From Eledone cirrhosa (taxonomy: Eukaryota), in assembly GCA_964016885.1 (NCBI GenBank), contig OZ024741.1:169570001-169634000 (forward strand): a DNA stretch of 64,000 nucleotides, given 5' to 3'. This document shows, in pieces, positions 43,101 to 53,459 of the stretch (the first letter of the stretch is position 1; every line of letters begins with the position of its first letter). The notes under the pieces are model-generated. The model had not been told where the DNA came from and did not search any database. It was given only the letters and a program-made list of their open reading frames with translations. The translations under genes and the position numbers were made by a program.

Positions 43101-46100
43101 CACCATCACTATCGTCATCATCATCATCCACCTCCTCATCACCATCACCATCATCGCCACCATCACCATCATCATCATCGCCACCATCACCATCCACCTC
43201 ATCACCATCACCATTCACGCCGTCATCACCATCATAACCATTACTACTATCATCTCAATTATCAGTAGCACCATCAATATTATATGATTGCTATTAATTT
43301 AATGAATCATTAATTTCCATTCCTTATCTTCACAGTCTCTGCCAAACCAGCCAACTCTATTTGCCAGTGCCAAACCATCTAACAAGAACAATTTAACTAC
43401 AAAACCAGCAAAATCAAAGAAATCCAGTGAGAAGATGTAAGTCCAGTGGTTCCTCCTTCTCCCCCTCCTCCTCCTCCTTCTCCAACTTATTCAGGAGGGT
43501 CCTGGGGTCAGAGTCCTCAAACACTCATTCCAGCAGGTCCTGTCAGAAGCAAGCGTCTCTTACTGATCCGGCTGGATCCCAAAGGGAGACCAGCCAAGCT
43601 CATGGATTTTATCCAACCATCTTGCTCAGGGTCTACCTTGTCGGTTGGTTTTGCCTGTAAAATCTGTATCAATCATTTTAATTTCCCTTATTGTCCATCT
43701 TCTTCCCCCATCACTGCCTCTGCCTATGTATATGTGTGTGTCTTATTATTTTTTTTTACAAGGGCGGTGGATTGGCAGTATCAGTAGAGGGTCGGACGCC
43801 ATGCTTTCCAGCATAGTTACGTCCCTTTACGATCTGAGTTCAAAGCCTGACGAGGTTGACTTTACCTTTCATCCTTACGGGGTCGATAAAATAAAGTACC
43901 AGTAATACACTGGGTAATTGCTGGCCTTGTGCCTAAAGTAGAAACAATTATTTTTTTTTACATGTTTTTTCAATGCGTTTGTGTAAATTAGTGAAAATTC
44001 TTTGTATTAATTATTCTGTAATGGGAGTTGGTGAACATAGCCATTCAATACATAGAGATTGATAAAATGAATACCAGACAAAGTACTGGAGTAGGGGAGG
44101 ATTAATTATTATCATCATCATCATCGTTTAACGTCTATCTTCCACGCTAGCATGGGTTAGGCCGGAATTATCCTACTTGAGACAAGATTGATTGGGTGAC
44201 CGAGTCTCGCTCGTATAGGACTGTATCTGGCAGGTTTTCTACGGCTGGATGCCCTTCCTAACACCAATCACATTTACAGTATGGACTGGGAGCCTTTTTA
44301 CCGTATTTCCTACATGACTACTTTACAGCATGGACTGTGTTTTTTTTGTCGTGACACCTACACAACCTCTTTAGTTTAGACTGGATGTTGTGGTACCAAC
44401 ATAACTTTACAGAGAAAGGGTGCTGTTGGTGGGAGTGGGAGGATGGAGTAGGGGTAGTGGGTTGGGGTGTATATTTGGTTAGGAGGGGCCTACTGACTGT
44501 AGGTTAATTTTACATGTAGGTAAGGCGGGTCTTCTGTATTACTGCGTGATTACACTTAAACCTTTTGAAGGTGGTGCCTCTGCATAGCTCCAGGCACAAA
44601 ACTGAAACTTATAATTGAAATAAAAGGCTATTCATAGACATACACATAGATGTGTATGTTCATAGATGAGTAACACCTTTGGAGTTATAGGGGATCTGTT
44701 GTGACATACAGCATGTCTTGGTTAGTTAAATCTGTTGAAGCCTGTTTCTCTCCACATCTGAATTTCTACAAGAGGGAGAGTGGAGGAAGTGAGAAAGAAA
44801 TATGAAGAAAAATCGACCCATTGGTTCTTTTTTATTGACCTCTAAAAGATGAAAAGCAAAGTTGAACTCTGAGCACAGAGAGTTGGTATGAATTCCTCAA
44901 AATATTCTATCCAATCTTTTAACAACTCCTCCTAATTCAACATGTACATGCACATTAAACTTTCTTTTTGTTTGTTTTTAAATTTAATTTGTGTTTTTTT
45001 TTGTTGTGTGTCTATCAGTGTTCCAGTGAAATCTGGGTTTCCTGTCTGGTTTAAAGAAAACAAAGAGGATCTCGAACAAGAAAACCCTGATATGTCAGCA
45101 GAGGAACTTAAACAAATGGCAACAGAAAGGTACAACGATCTTCCCAGTGAAGAGAAAGAGGTGAGTCAAGTCTTGTTTCATGCCTAAATATGGCTCAGGT
45201 GTGAAATGAAGGTATGCGGCCTTATGGTTAGCATGTTGGGCTCATTATCATAAGGTTGTGGGTTTTATTCCTGGACTATGTGTTGATTTGTGTCTAAGCA
45301 AGATGCTTTATTTCACTTTGCTCCAGTCCACTCCAGTTGAAAAATAAATTAGTACCAGCAGTAGCTGGGGGTTAACCCCTGCTTTAACTAGCTTCCAGTC
45401 CTGGAGAGAAGTTTTTTTGTGATAAGACATTAAAAACACTTGAGAAACGTATGCAGTCTAGTTTAATCTACGTAGGTGTCAGCTGTGACAACAGCTCAGG
45501 TGGGGTTAGAAACATGGTTCACAAATACTTATATACTGATACTCGCGTGTTGACACAAACATGGCTCAGACATTCACACAAATTAACACAGGTGTAGACA
45601 CAAACATGGCTCAGACATTCACACAAAGTAACACAGGTGTAGACACAAACACAGCTAACTTACTAACCTATTCACATAAATATGTCCCGCCCCCCATTCA
45701 CACAAACGTAGCTAACCTGTTCACACAAATATGTCCCACCCATTCACACAAACAGCTAACCCATTTGCACAAATACAACCTATCTATTCACACAAACACA
45801 AATGTTGTTCACACATTCACACAAATGTTGTTCATACATTCACACAAACATGACTCACAGATTCACTCAAATGTAGTTCACACATTCACTCAAACATGAC
45901 TCACACATTCACTCAAATGTAGTTCACACAAACATGACTCACACATTCACTCAAATGTAGTTCATACATTCACACAAACATGGCTCACACATTCACACAA
46001 ATGTAGTTCACACATTCACACAAATGTAGTTCACACATTCACACAAACATGACTCACACATTCACACAAATGTAGTTCACACATTCACACAAACATGACT

Positions 46101-48124
46101 CACACATTCACACAAATGTAGTTCACACATTCACACAAACATGACTCACACATCCACACAAATGTAGTTCACACATTCACACAAACATGACTCACACATT
46201 CACACAAATGTAGTTCACACATTCACACAAACATGACTCACACATTCACACAAATGTAGTTCACACATTCACACAAACATGACTCACACATTCACACAAA
46301 TGTAGTTCACACATTCACACAAACATGACTCACACATACACACAAATGTAGTTCATACATTCACACTAACATGGCTCACCCATACACACAAATGTAGTTC
46401 ATACATTCACACTAACATGGCTCACTCATTCACTCAAATGTTGTTCACATATTCACACAAACATGGCTCACTCATTCACTCAAATGTTGTTCACATATTC
46501 ACACTAGCACAAGTCTAAACACAAACATAGCTCACACTTTCATATAAACCAACAGCAAACACAGGCATGAACACACACACACATACTCACACACAATCTT
46601 CATTATTTATTACTTTATATCTGCATTCTGTGGTGGCCTGAGTGGGATGTGTCATCACAGACTGAGTCAGTTCTTATTCAGTTATTCAGAGTTACTGTCC
46701 TAAACAGGTCAGAGGTCCATGTTTCACTCATGTTCTCTTTTTGGCATTGTCTCTGGTTGGATATCTTTTCTTACAACAACCTCTTTATAGAGTATTGGAT
46801 CTATTTCACCATGGCACCAGCATTTCTAATCCTGTCAATACAAACCTGTATAATCATCATCATCATCATCATCATTTTACATCCACTTTTCCCTGCTTGC
46901 AAGGGTGGGACGGGAACTGATTCTGGCTTGATTTCTACAGCTGGATGCCCTTCCTAACACCAACCTCATTTACAATGAGTGCTGGGTGCTTTTTTGCAGT
47001 GGAATGATATGGACCCCAGTCCCTATCATCTCATTTCTACAGCTGAGTAAACTGGAGCAATGTGAAATAAAGTGTCTTGCTCAAGGAAACAACACATCAC
47101 CCGGTCTGAGAATTGAACTCACGACCTTTCGATTGCATGGCCAATGTTCTAACCACTAAGCCATGTGCTTCCATAGATCATTTGTATTAAAATATATATT
47201 TGAAATGTGATTAAATTATATTTCCATACAATAGTGGTGTTAAGTTTAATACTACAAGTAAAATAGTTGTATCAGATGAAAGAATGGTATTTAACTAATG
47301 TATTGGTACGCGATGGGGCCCACCCACAGCCCCGGCGGACAGAATGGAGAAGGCATTTCCCCAGAGGACGGCAAGGGAGATGCGCCAGTGGTGTTAGTGA
47401 TGGTGATAATAGTAGTATTTGTGAACCTAATAGTGGCAGTGATAGTAGTATTAGTGGTAGTGGTGTTAGTGATGGTGATAATAGTAGTATTTGTGAACCT
47501 AATAGTGGCAGTGATAGTAGTATTAGTAGTAGTGGTTGTAGTGGTGATGGTGATAATAGTAGTATTTGTGAACCTAATAGTGGCAGTGATAGTAGTATTA
47601 GTGGTAGTGGTTGTAGTGGTGTTAGTGATGGTGATAATAGTAGTATTAGTGGTAGTGGTTGTAGTGGTGTTAGTGATGGTGATAATAGTAGTATTTGTGA
47701 ACCTAATAGTGACAGTGATAGTAGTATTAGTGGTTGTAGTGGTAGTGGTTGTAGATGGTGATAATTATAGTGTTTGTTGTGGGTGGATGATTGTAATAGT
47801 TGTATTTGTAGTGGCTCAGGATGTTTGTTGGTGCTTAGTGGATATTATGGTCACGGCTGGTGGTTTTCCAATAGATGCAACAGTTCGAACACAGCAAGTC
47901 TTACATTGTTCCATTTCCATCTGTTGTAGATTTGGTCTCAGAAGGTCAGTGATAAATCTGAAGAAGAGAAATCTGCAAAGAAACGTAAACGAGCTAATGA
48001 GGAACCCCAGGGTGGCAGTGGTAATGGTAAAGCGTCTGGACAGAAAACTGACCGCAAGAAGAAAAAAATCCTGTCTCAAGAAACAAACTCTAAACTCTTC
48101 AATTTCATGTTCAAAAAAGACTGA
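407..48124 (+). CDS. WDHD1: WDHD1 / And-1 / Ctf4 (WD repeat and HMG-box DNA-binding protein 1), 3' part of gene, 19 coding exons; 5' exons outside window
   Basis: Spliced frame of 2677 nt with GT-AG introns and matching phases. Peptides are colinear with vertebrate WDHD1 as I recall it: [117 protein letters not shown] (HMG), [12 protein letters not shown]. Confidence 0.96.
2584..2634 (+). CDS. WDHD1: WDHD1 exon ([17 protein letters not shown])
   Basis: Polypyrimidine-tag acceptor, gtatgt donor, phase 0/0; resembles human GNLGLLENV. Confidence 0.85.
5112..5337 (+). CDS. WDHD1: WDHD1 exon, acidic linker ([13 protein letters not shown]...DDEASK)
   Basis: ttttacag acceptor, G|gtaaaa donor; Asp-rich linker at the expected position between WD40 and SepB. 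Confidence 0.8.
5890..6117 (+). mobile_element. piggyBac-type MITE (TTAA|CCCTTTA...TAAAGGG|TTAA); other copies at 2823-3038, 6173-6401, 16784-17143 (-), 27818-28005, 35713-35927
   Basis: TTAA on both sides, CCCTTTAGCATT-like TIRs, shared internal sequence of about 200 bp, no ORF. Confidence 0.8.
6761..7162. mobile_element. Tigger/pogo-type MITE
   Basis: TA|CAGT...ACTG|TA termini and repeated subterminal (t)acgcgaa(c/t)tt motifs. Confidence 0.55.
7215..7357 (+). CDS. WDHD1: WDHD1 exon (...[20 protein letters not shown]), start of SepB domain
   Basis: ttttag acceptor, ATG|gtaagt donor; conserved FQ.GSTP.HLT.RFM motif. Confidence 0.95.
8040..8580 (+). mobile_element. RTE family A 3' fragment
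   Basis: [11 protein letters not shown]...DRDLWRY peptide followed by the family A 3' UTR and (GAT)n tail. Confidence 0.85.
10027..10217 (+). CDS. WDHD1: WDHD1 exon ([34 protein letters not shown]...)
   Basis: ctacag acceptor, AG|gtcagt donor; conserved WNSIG and DxEFHD motifs. Confidence 0.95.
10691..13091 (-). mobile_element. RTE-clade LINE, family A, 5'-truncated (RT + PHD + C-terminus + 3' UTR, (GAT)n tail)
   Basis: ORF 12028-13143 has RT motifs ([23 protein letters not shown]); ORF 11464-11982 continues it. Candidate TSD CAAGCATC at 10686-10693 and 13092-13099. Confidence 0.93.
13219..13909 (-). mobile_element. RTE-clade LINE, family B, 5'-truncated, inserted in (TA)n
   Basis: ORFs 13439-13849 (FRYLGD, LHGSETW) and 13233-13460 (GRGRPRKTW); tail ...cccacccttgcaagcagggaaaagcggacgtaaaa(tga)n. 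Confidence 0.9.
15104..15315 (+). mobile_element. tRNA-derived SINE family 1 (representative); further copies at about 2040-2550, 4834-5018, 6553-6736 (-), 15521-15625 (-), 16483-16664 (-), 16911-17022, 30290-30915, 43762-43950, 52742-53112, 58058-58240, 59233-59772 (-)
   Basis: A-box-like tggcagtatcggtaga, B-box gagttcaaatccc, conserved core gcctttcatccttacggggtcgataaaataaagtaccagt (resembles the MetaSINE domain, from memory), (ATT)n tail. Confidence 0.85.
15358..15439 (+). CDS. WDHD1: WDHD1 exon ([28 protein letters not shown])
   Basis: tctgtag acceptor, TTG|gtaaat donor; resembles human SKLHCLHFSSWDSSKEW. Confidence 0.95.
22124..23269 (-). mobile_element. Non-autonomous Helitron (copy 1)
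   Basis: Minus strand starts TCTATATATA..., ends with hairpin CCCGTGCAACGCCGGG then CTAG|T; internal duplication of about 190 bp. Confidence 0.8.
23270..23823 (-). mobile_element. Non-autonomous Helitron (copy 2), head-to-tail with copy 1
   Basis: Minus strand A|TCTCCTTATAATATATA... ends GGTTTTCTGCTAG. The empty site can be inferred from the intact duplicate of the host sequence at about 21563-21620. No TSD. Confidence 0.72.
24814..24979 (+). CDS. WDHD1: WDHD1 exon ([38 protein letters not shown]...YHRGG)
   Basis: aacag acceptor, G|gtaagt donor; conserved RLFT..GVQKE...LAGPVV. Confidence 0.95.
25823..25937 (+). CDS. WDHD1: WDHD1 exon ([13 protein letters not shown]...[13 protein letters not shown])
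   Basis: tttcag acceptor, GG|gtaagt donor. Confidence 0.93.
26633..26741 (+). CDS. WDHD1: WDHD1 exon ([36 protein letters not shown])
   Basis: tctttag acceptor, gtaagt donor; conserved FSAEGTP and WTP. Confidence 0.95.
28410..28810 (+). mobile_element. R4/Dong-like non-LTR retrotransposon 3' remnant, split by a SINE-tail insertion at about 28607-28780
   Basis: Degenerate peptide [20 protein letters not shown]...VIRALRLI...[12 protein letters not shown] matches the REL C-terminus pattern of R4/Dong elements. Confidence 0.6.
29420..29752 (+). mobile_element. tRNA-derived SINE family 2 with RTE-B tail (representative); copies at 7624-7963 (-), 25391-25720, 36712-37043 (-), 46853-47172 (-)
   Basis: A-box tggcttagtggttagagc, B-box gagttcaattc, core ccttgagcaagacactttatttcac, 3' end matching the RTE family B tail. 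Confidence 0.85.
29977..30265 (+). mobile_element. Shorter remnant of the same CRE-like family
   Basis: Reverse-complement homology to about 55880-56185 (ggaccccgtactg.cgag...gggtgtgactggccatcgtc...accagagctcttgc). Confidence 0.75.
31673..31734 (+). CDS. WDHD1: WDHD1 exon ([21 protein letters not shown])
   Basis: tttcag acceptor, AG|gtaaat donor. Confidence 0.93.
31864..32360 (+). mobile_element. RTE family B 3' fragment
   Basis: ORF 31894-32343, closely similar to the 13219-13909 copy. Confidence 0.9.
34257..34371 (+). CDS. WDHD1: WDHD1 exon ([16 protein letters not shown]...EKSQYE)
   Basis: attcag acceptor, GAA|gtatgt donor; conserved [12 protein letters not shown]. Confidence 0.95.
37907..38038 (+). 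CDS. WDHD1: WDHD1 exon (EKFWRMNF...EELMKLFA)
   Basis: tttcag acceptor, GCA|gtaaga donor. Confidence 0.93.
38569..38826 (-). mobile_element. RTE-X/Expander(Rex3)-like LINE 3' remnant; shorter copy at about 43480-43665
   Basis: Minus-strand translation [19 protein letters not shown]...[19 protein letters not shown]...[13 protein letters not shown]. Confidence 0.75.
39580..39881 (+). CDS. WDHD1: WDHD1 exon ([18 protein letters not shown]...[22 protein letters not shown]...KPR)
   Basis: gtttcag acceptor, AG|gtaaat donor; SepB helical bundle motifs ERE.RA and LA.KYA. Confidence 0.93.
40294..40568 (+). CDS. WDHD1: WDHD1 exon, acidic disordered region (PENNRGW...SETPNS)
   Basis: ttttaag acceptor, G|gtgagt donor; open frame with matching phases. 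Confidence 0.82.
41736..41800 (+). CDS. WDHD1: WDHD1 exon ([21 protein letters not shown])
   Basis: ttgcag acceptor, AAA|gtaaga donor; conserved NPFK. Confidence 0.88.
42879..43004 (+). CDS. WDHD1: WDHD1 exon ([20 protein letters not shown]...GSRK)
   Basis: caacag acceptor, AAG|gtaaat donor, phase 0/0. Confidence 0.82.
43336..43436 (+). CDS. WDHD1: WDHD1 exon ([15 protein letters not shown]...KSSEK)
   Basis: cacag acceptor, AT|gtaagt donor; phase 2 matches the next exon. Confidence 0.78.
45019..45160 (+). CDS. WDHD1: WDHD1 exon, HMG box ([24 protein letters not shown]...LPSEEKE)
   Basis: tatcag acceptor, GAG|gtgagt donor; resembles human PKTGFQMWLEENR...LSTEERK. Confidence 0.93.
45790..46505. 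repeat. 46-bp higher-order minisatellite built from two 23-bp subunits
   Basis: cacacattcacacaaatgtagtt alternates with cacacattcacacaaacatgact. Confidence 0.92.
47388..47765. repeat. Degenerate (GTA/GTG)n array with a higher-order unit of about 66-70 bp
   Basis: Recurring gatggtgataatagtagtatttgtgaacctaatagtggcagtgatagtagtattagt. Confidence 0.85.
47930..48124 (+). CDS. WDHD1: WDHD1 terminal coding exon (IWSQK...KKRKR...[12 protein letters not shown])
   Basis: ttgtag acceptor; basic NLS-like KKRKR; C-terminus resembles human NQKLSAFAFKQE; TGA at 48122-48124. Confidence 0.93.
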   Translation: MWSQKVSDKSEEEKSAKKRKRANEEPQGGSGNGKASGQKTDRKKKKILSQETNSKLFNFMFKKD

Positions 48125-48329
48125 GGTACATCAAATATTGGAATAATATTTTATTATAGACTCTGTAAATATATATATATATATGTGTGTGTTGTGTGTG
48201 TGCATGTGTGTGAGTGTCTATCATCATCATCATCATCTTCGTTTAATGTCCATCTTCCACGCTAGCATGGGTATATAATTTGATATACAAAGAAAATGTA
48301 CTCACATGTGAAGTTTATATATGTATACA

Positions 48330-48461
48330 TACAGGGTGAGGCCCCCCCCCCCCTAAAAAAAATATATATATATATATATATACACACTTCAACAGCATTC
48401 TAATAAATATTGCCTGTACAGGTGCTCAAAGTATATATATATTTTGGGGGGACATCCTGTA
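48330..48461. mobile_element. Tc1/mariner-type MITE; related copy at 48714-48808 in the opposite orientation
   Basis: TA|CAGGGTG...CA(T/C)CCTG|TA termini and shared core attctaataaatattgcctgta. Confidence 0.65.
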
Positions 48462-48857
48462 TATATAGTCATACTTATAATTTTACAATGTGTGAATACA
48501 TGCATACATACATACATGCTCACATGCATGCAAGTATACTGCATATTGAGAATGTACATATGAGTGTGTGTGTGTGTGTTAATTTATGTGCTCTTATAGT
48601 TGTGTATATGTGTGTATATATAAAGTCAAACTTCTCTACATAATGTGTGTCACTGATCATTCATTTACATAGTTGTTGGGGTGTACTGTACACACACAAT
48701 ATATATATATATACACAGGGTGTCCCCAAAAGATGTATACACATTTTCATTACCTATACAGGCAATATTTATTAGAATGGTGTATACATGTTTTGTGGAC
48801 ACTCTGTATATATATTGCATGTGTGTTTGCTGAAGTATGCGCTTTCATAGTTTTTTA

Positions 48858-50152
48858 CATGTGTGAGTATATTTTCATACATGTGTGTGTATATTTTCAT
48901 ACATGTGTGTGTATATTTTCATACATGTGTGTGTGTATATTTTCATACATGTGTGTGTATATTTTCATACATGTGTGTGTATATTTTCATACATGTATGT
49001 GTATATTTTCATACATGTGTGTGTATATTTTCGTACATGTGTGTATATATTTTCGTACATGTGTGTTTATATTTTCATACATGTGTGTGTATATTTTCAT
49101 ACATGTGTGTGTATATTTTCATACGTGTGTGTATATTTTCATACATGTGTGTGTATATTTTCATACATGTGTGTGTATATTTTCATACATGTGTGTATAT
49201 ATTTTCGTACATGTGTGTTTATATTTTCATACATGTGTGTGTATATTTTCATACGTGTGTATATTTTCATACATGTGTGTGTATATTTTCTTACATGTGT
49301 GTGTATATTTTCATACATGTGTGTGTATATTTTCATACATGTGTGTGTATATTTTCATACATGTGTGTGTATATTTTCATACATGTATGTGTATATTTTC
49401 ATACATGTGTGTGTATATTTTCATACATGTGTGTGTATATTTTCATACATGTGTGTGTATATTTTCATACATGTGTGTGTATATTTTCATACATGTATGT
49501 GTATATTTTCATACATGTATGTGTATATTTTCATACATGTGTGTGTATATTTTCTTACATGTGTGTGTGTATATTTTCATACATGTGTGTGTATATTTTC
49601 ATACATGTGTGTGTATATTGTCATACATGTGTGTGTATATTTTCTTACATGTGTGTGTATATTTTCTTACATGTGTGTGTATATTTTCATACATGTATGT
49701 GTATATTTTCTTACATGTGTGTGTATATTTTCTTACATGTGTGTGTATATTTTCGTACATGTGTGTATATATTTTCATACATGTGTGTGTATATTTTCAT
49801 ACATGTGTGTGTATATATTCATACATGTATGTGTATATTTTCATACATGTGTGTGTATATTTTCATACATGTGTGTGTATATTTTCGTACATGTGTGTGT
49901 ATATTTTCATACATGTGTGTGTATATTTTCATACATGTGTGTGTATATTTTCGTACATGTGTGTATATATTTTCGTACATGTGTGTGTATATTTTCATAC
50001 ATGTGTGTGTATATTTTCATACATGTGTGTGTATATTTTCATACATGTGTGTGTATATTTTCATACATGTGTGTGTATATTTTCATACATGTGTGTGTAT
50101 ATTTTCATACATGTGTGTGTATATTTTCATACATGTGTGTGTATATTTTCAT
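48858..50152. repeat. 22-bp minisatellite, about 59 units
   Basis: Unit acatgtgtgtgtatattttcat, highly homogeneous. Confidence 0.97.
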
Positions 50153-50720
50153 ATGTAAAAATTATATAAATATTTTCATATTTTCATATGTTCATGGATA
50201 TACATATATAATGAAGTGCTTGTCCATGGAACATGGACAAGCACCCACATGTTGATTTATATGTATATATGTGTATGTGTGCTGCATATTGTATGTATTA
50301 AAATATGACTCCTTACTTGTGCGTATATATATAACAGCCATTTTTGTGCATATGTGACAGTGCTCACATTTACACATTCTTCTGTGTGTGTGTGTATGTG
50401 TGCCCACTTTAGACTTTCATTAGCACTCCACACTCAAGACTCCTTGTATTATATTGGTGGGTGTGTATGAATTTTCAATTTCAATATCTCCATCATTGTC
50501 ATCAGCAATGCCATCATCATCATCATCATCATCATAATTTACTCTTCATTTTGTGAGATTTTAATAAGAAAAATGAAACAAACATGTACAGTGTGTATGA
50601 GAGAGAGGGAAAGAGAGAGAGAGAGAGAGTGTACGATTGTGTTGGGAATAGAGAATGATTATGTTAAATTCTTGTGTGGGCGACTGTATGTGTATATGTA
50701 CATGTATGTGTGTGTTGCAT

Positions 50721-50770
<50 letters not shown>

Positions 50771-50775
<5 letters not shown>

Positions 50776-51364
50776 TCTGAATTTGTTTAGCAAGATTCTT
50801 TATCTGAAATCGTGTGTTGAAACCGATATTGTTATACTTTGGGAGGGTCATGTTGCCAATAAGAAACACACGCACCAGTTGCTTTCACTTCAATTTATTA
50901 TAATAAATTTATAATAAATTTATAAATTTATAAATTTCTGGTTGGTTGGTTGGTTCCACAACCAGATAGTTGTTTATATATTGTCATAGTTCTTTCGTCA
51001 CACACTCTGTGACCTCTTCAGTGACTGGGGATTCCTTTCTTTGTTTCTGTGCCTCTCCTTTGTTCTGTCCTACACCATTTTGTTTCTGTGTGTGTCACAC
51101 ACAGAAACAAAATGGTGTAGGACAGAACAAAGGAGAGGCACAGAAACAAAGAAAGGAATCCCCAGTCACTGAAGAGGTCACAGAGTGTGTGACGAAAGAA
51201 CTATGACAATATATAAACAACTATCTGGTTGTGGAACCAACCAACCAACCAGAAATTTATAAATTTATAAATTTATTATAAATTTATTATAATAAATTGA
51301 AGTGAAAGCAACTGGTGCGTGTGTTTCTTATTGGCAACATGACCCTCCCAAAGTATAACAATAT
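50771..51364. mobile_element. Fold-back PLE terminal fragment containing a perfect palindrome (50826-51364)
   Basis: 50771-51094 is homologous to about 63255-63577; 269-bp arms around a single T at 51095; flanked by (TA)n on both sides. Confidence 0.9.
51165..51207 (+). ncRNA. Minimal type I hammerhead ribozyme (mirror copy on - strand at 50983-51025)
   Basis: GTCA-CTGAAGA-G-GTCACA(gagtg)TGTGAC-GAAA-G(aa)CT-A-TGAC gives stem I GTCA/TGAC, intact core, stem II and a 2-bp stem III. Predicted cleavage 3' of 51203. Confidence 0.75.
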
Positions 51365-53459
51365 ATATATATATATATATATATATTTGTGCTTCAAAGC
51401 CTGAAATATCAAATCAAATACAATCACTTTAAAAAGCTTCAGGATGTTATTATTTTTAAGTCAAGATTTAAATTAAAATAAAAAAAAGACAATTTTCTAA
51501 TGATCTTCACTAATTTAATTCCTGTACGAAATTAAAAAAGCAAATTGTCCATGCTCAATTCATTTTAAGGCAAGTTGCTTTCTGGTTAAGGTACTGAATT
51601 TGATTCTTGAACAGGGCATTTCACGTTGCTTTCCTATGAAGTACAACCTTGTAAAATGCTAGCTAAACCTACATAGGTGTAAGCTGTAAATTTAATCTAA
51701 TTTATTTTATATGTTACATTTGCAGTTGTAATTTCTAAACCTTTTAAAAATTATTTTTATCATTTAATAAGTGATAAAGTTGGAGTGTCAATCAAAAATG
51801 TTTTTGAGATTGAATTTGTTCATTCTTTTTTTCCTGCACCAGTTATATATTAGGGTCAATTTTATTGACCAATCCCTTCATCTAAATTTCAAGCCTTGTG
51901 CCAATGTAAAAATAATGACTGTTATTAATATTGAAACTACAGTGGATGGCAGAATTGTTAGAGTATTGGAGAAAAATGCCTTGCAGTATTATTTGTTTTG
52001 GCTCTTTACATTCTGAGTTCAAATTCTACTTAGATCAACTTAGCTTGTTTCCTTCCAAAGTAAATAAAATAAAATACCAGTAATGTTCTGCGGTTGATTT
52101 TACTTGACAGCCGATCTACTGTACTTACATATAGTAGGCTAACATGGTTTAGTAAATCACAATTCCCCACACAACAGTATGGCTCCATTGACAGATGTAG
52201 TATCACATTGATTGGAGTACATTTTCAACTGAGAAACACCATATATTACTGTAAACACATACACACATACATGAACATCCTATTATTTACATATACTCAT
52301 TCTCTCTCCTTTTCTATCACCCTCACTTCTGTCTCCCTATCTTTCTCTCCCTCTAAAAAGAGATATCACAAAAAGATAAAACAGAAATAGATAGAATACC
52401 CAGGGGTTTAGCCCTGCGATGGACTCGTGTCCTGACCAGGGGAAGAGTTTTGTACTCTCAGTCTCTTCACATCATGAAACCGGGATACGCACTGGCCTAA
52501 TGAGTTTTCTGGCTTAAGACAGACTTTAGACTTAGACTTTAGACGTTGTGGTATTTAGTCAAATCTCCTTATATAGTCTTCATTTTCTAGTGAGGTCAAT
52601 TTTATTTCTTATTCTCCTTCCCCAGAGTCAATAAAATAAACTAGCAGTCAAGTACTAGCACCTCCAACCCATTAATCAACTCTATTTCGTCCTCAAAACT
52701 TGTGACCCTGTATCTATATTTGAACTCCATTATTTCATAGTGGCAATATCGGTAGAGGGTCGGACGCCATGCTTTGACGCATAGAGTTACGGCTCTTTAC
52801 AGTCTAAGTTCAAATCCCGCCGAGGGTAACTTTGCCTTTCATCCTTACGGGGTCGATAAAATAAAGTACCAGTAATGTACTGGGTAATTACTGGCCTTGT
52901 GCCAAAAGTCCAAAAGTAGAAACAATTATTTCATAGTGGCAGTATCGGTAGAGGGTCGGACACCATGCTTTGACGCATAAAGTTATGGCCCTTGCCATTC
53001 TGAGTTCAAATCCCGCTGAGGTTAACTTTGCCTTTCATCCTTACGGGATCGATAAAATAAAGTACCAGTAATGCACTGGGTAATTGGTGGCCTTGTGCCA
53101 AAAGTAGAAACAATTATTTCATAGTAATGGATATTTTAAAATAAATCATTTATTTTGGCTTTGATTTTAATCTTAAAACATTTGTTTTAATTCCATTTTT
53201 CATTTTCAACGATTTTTTTTGTTATCTTACAACAAAACAGAATCCTCCACACACAACCCAAAATATATTTCGTTTTTAATAAATAAAAAATAACTATAAT
53301 AAACATATTATTTTGATTTTATTTATTTATTTATATACTTATTCCAAGATAAGACACACTTCAATTTTAAAATAATCTTTTAAGTTATTGCTTGTGATTC
53401 AAACTTGTCTTCACTATATGCTCATTAAAAAATCGGTTGTATAAAAATCTGTTAACCAT

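Noticed and set aside
47267-48146. Val-rich 282 aa and Ser/Gly-rich 164 aa ORFs
   Set aside because: They derive from a trinucleotide-based repeat; the real WDHD1 exon (47930-48124) is in a different frame.
48673-50255. Three overlapping 430-500 aa Cys/Tyr-rich ORFs
   Set aside because: They are translations of a stop-free 22-bp minisatellite, open in all three frames.
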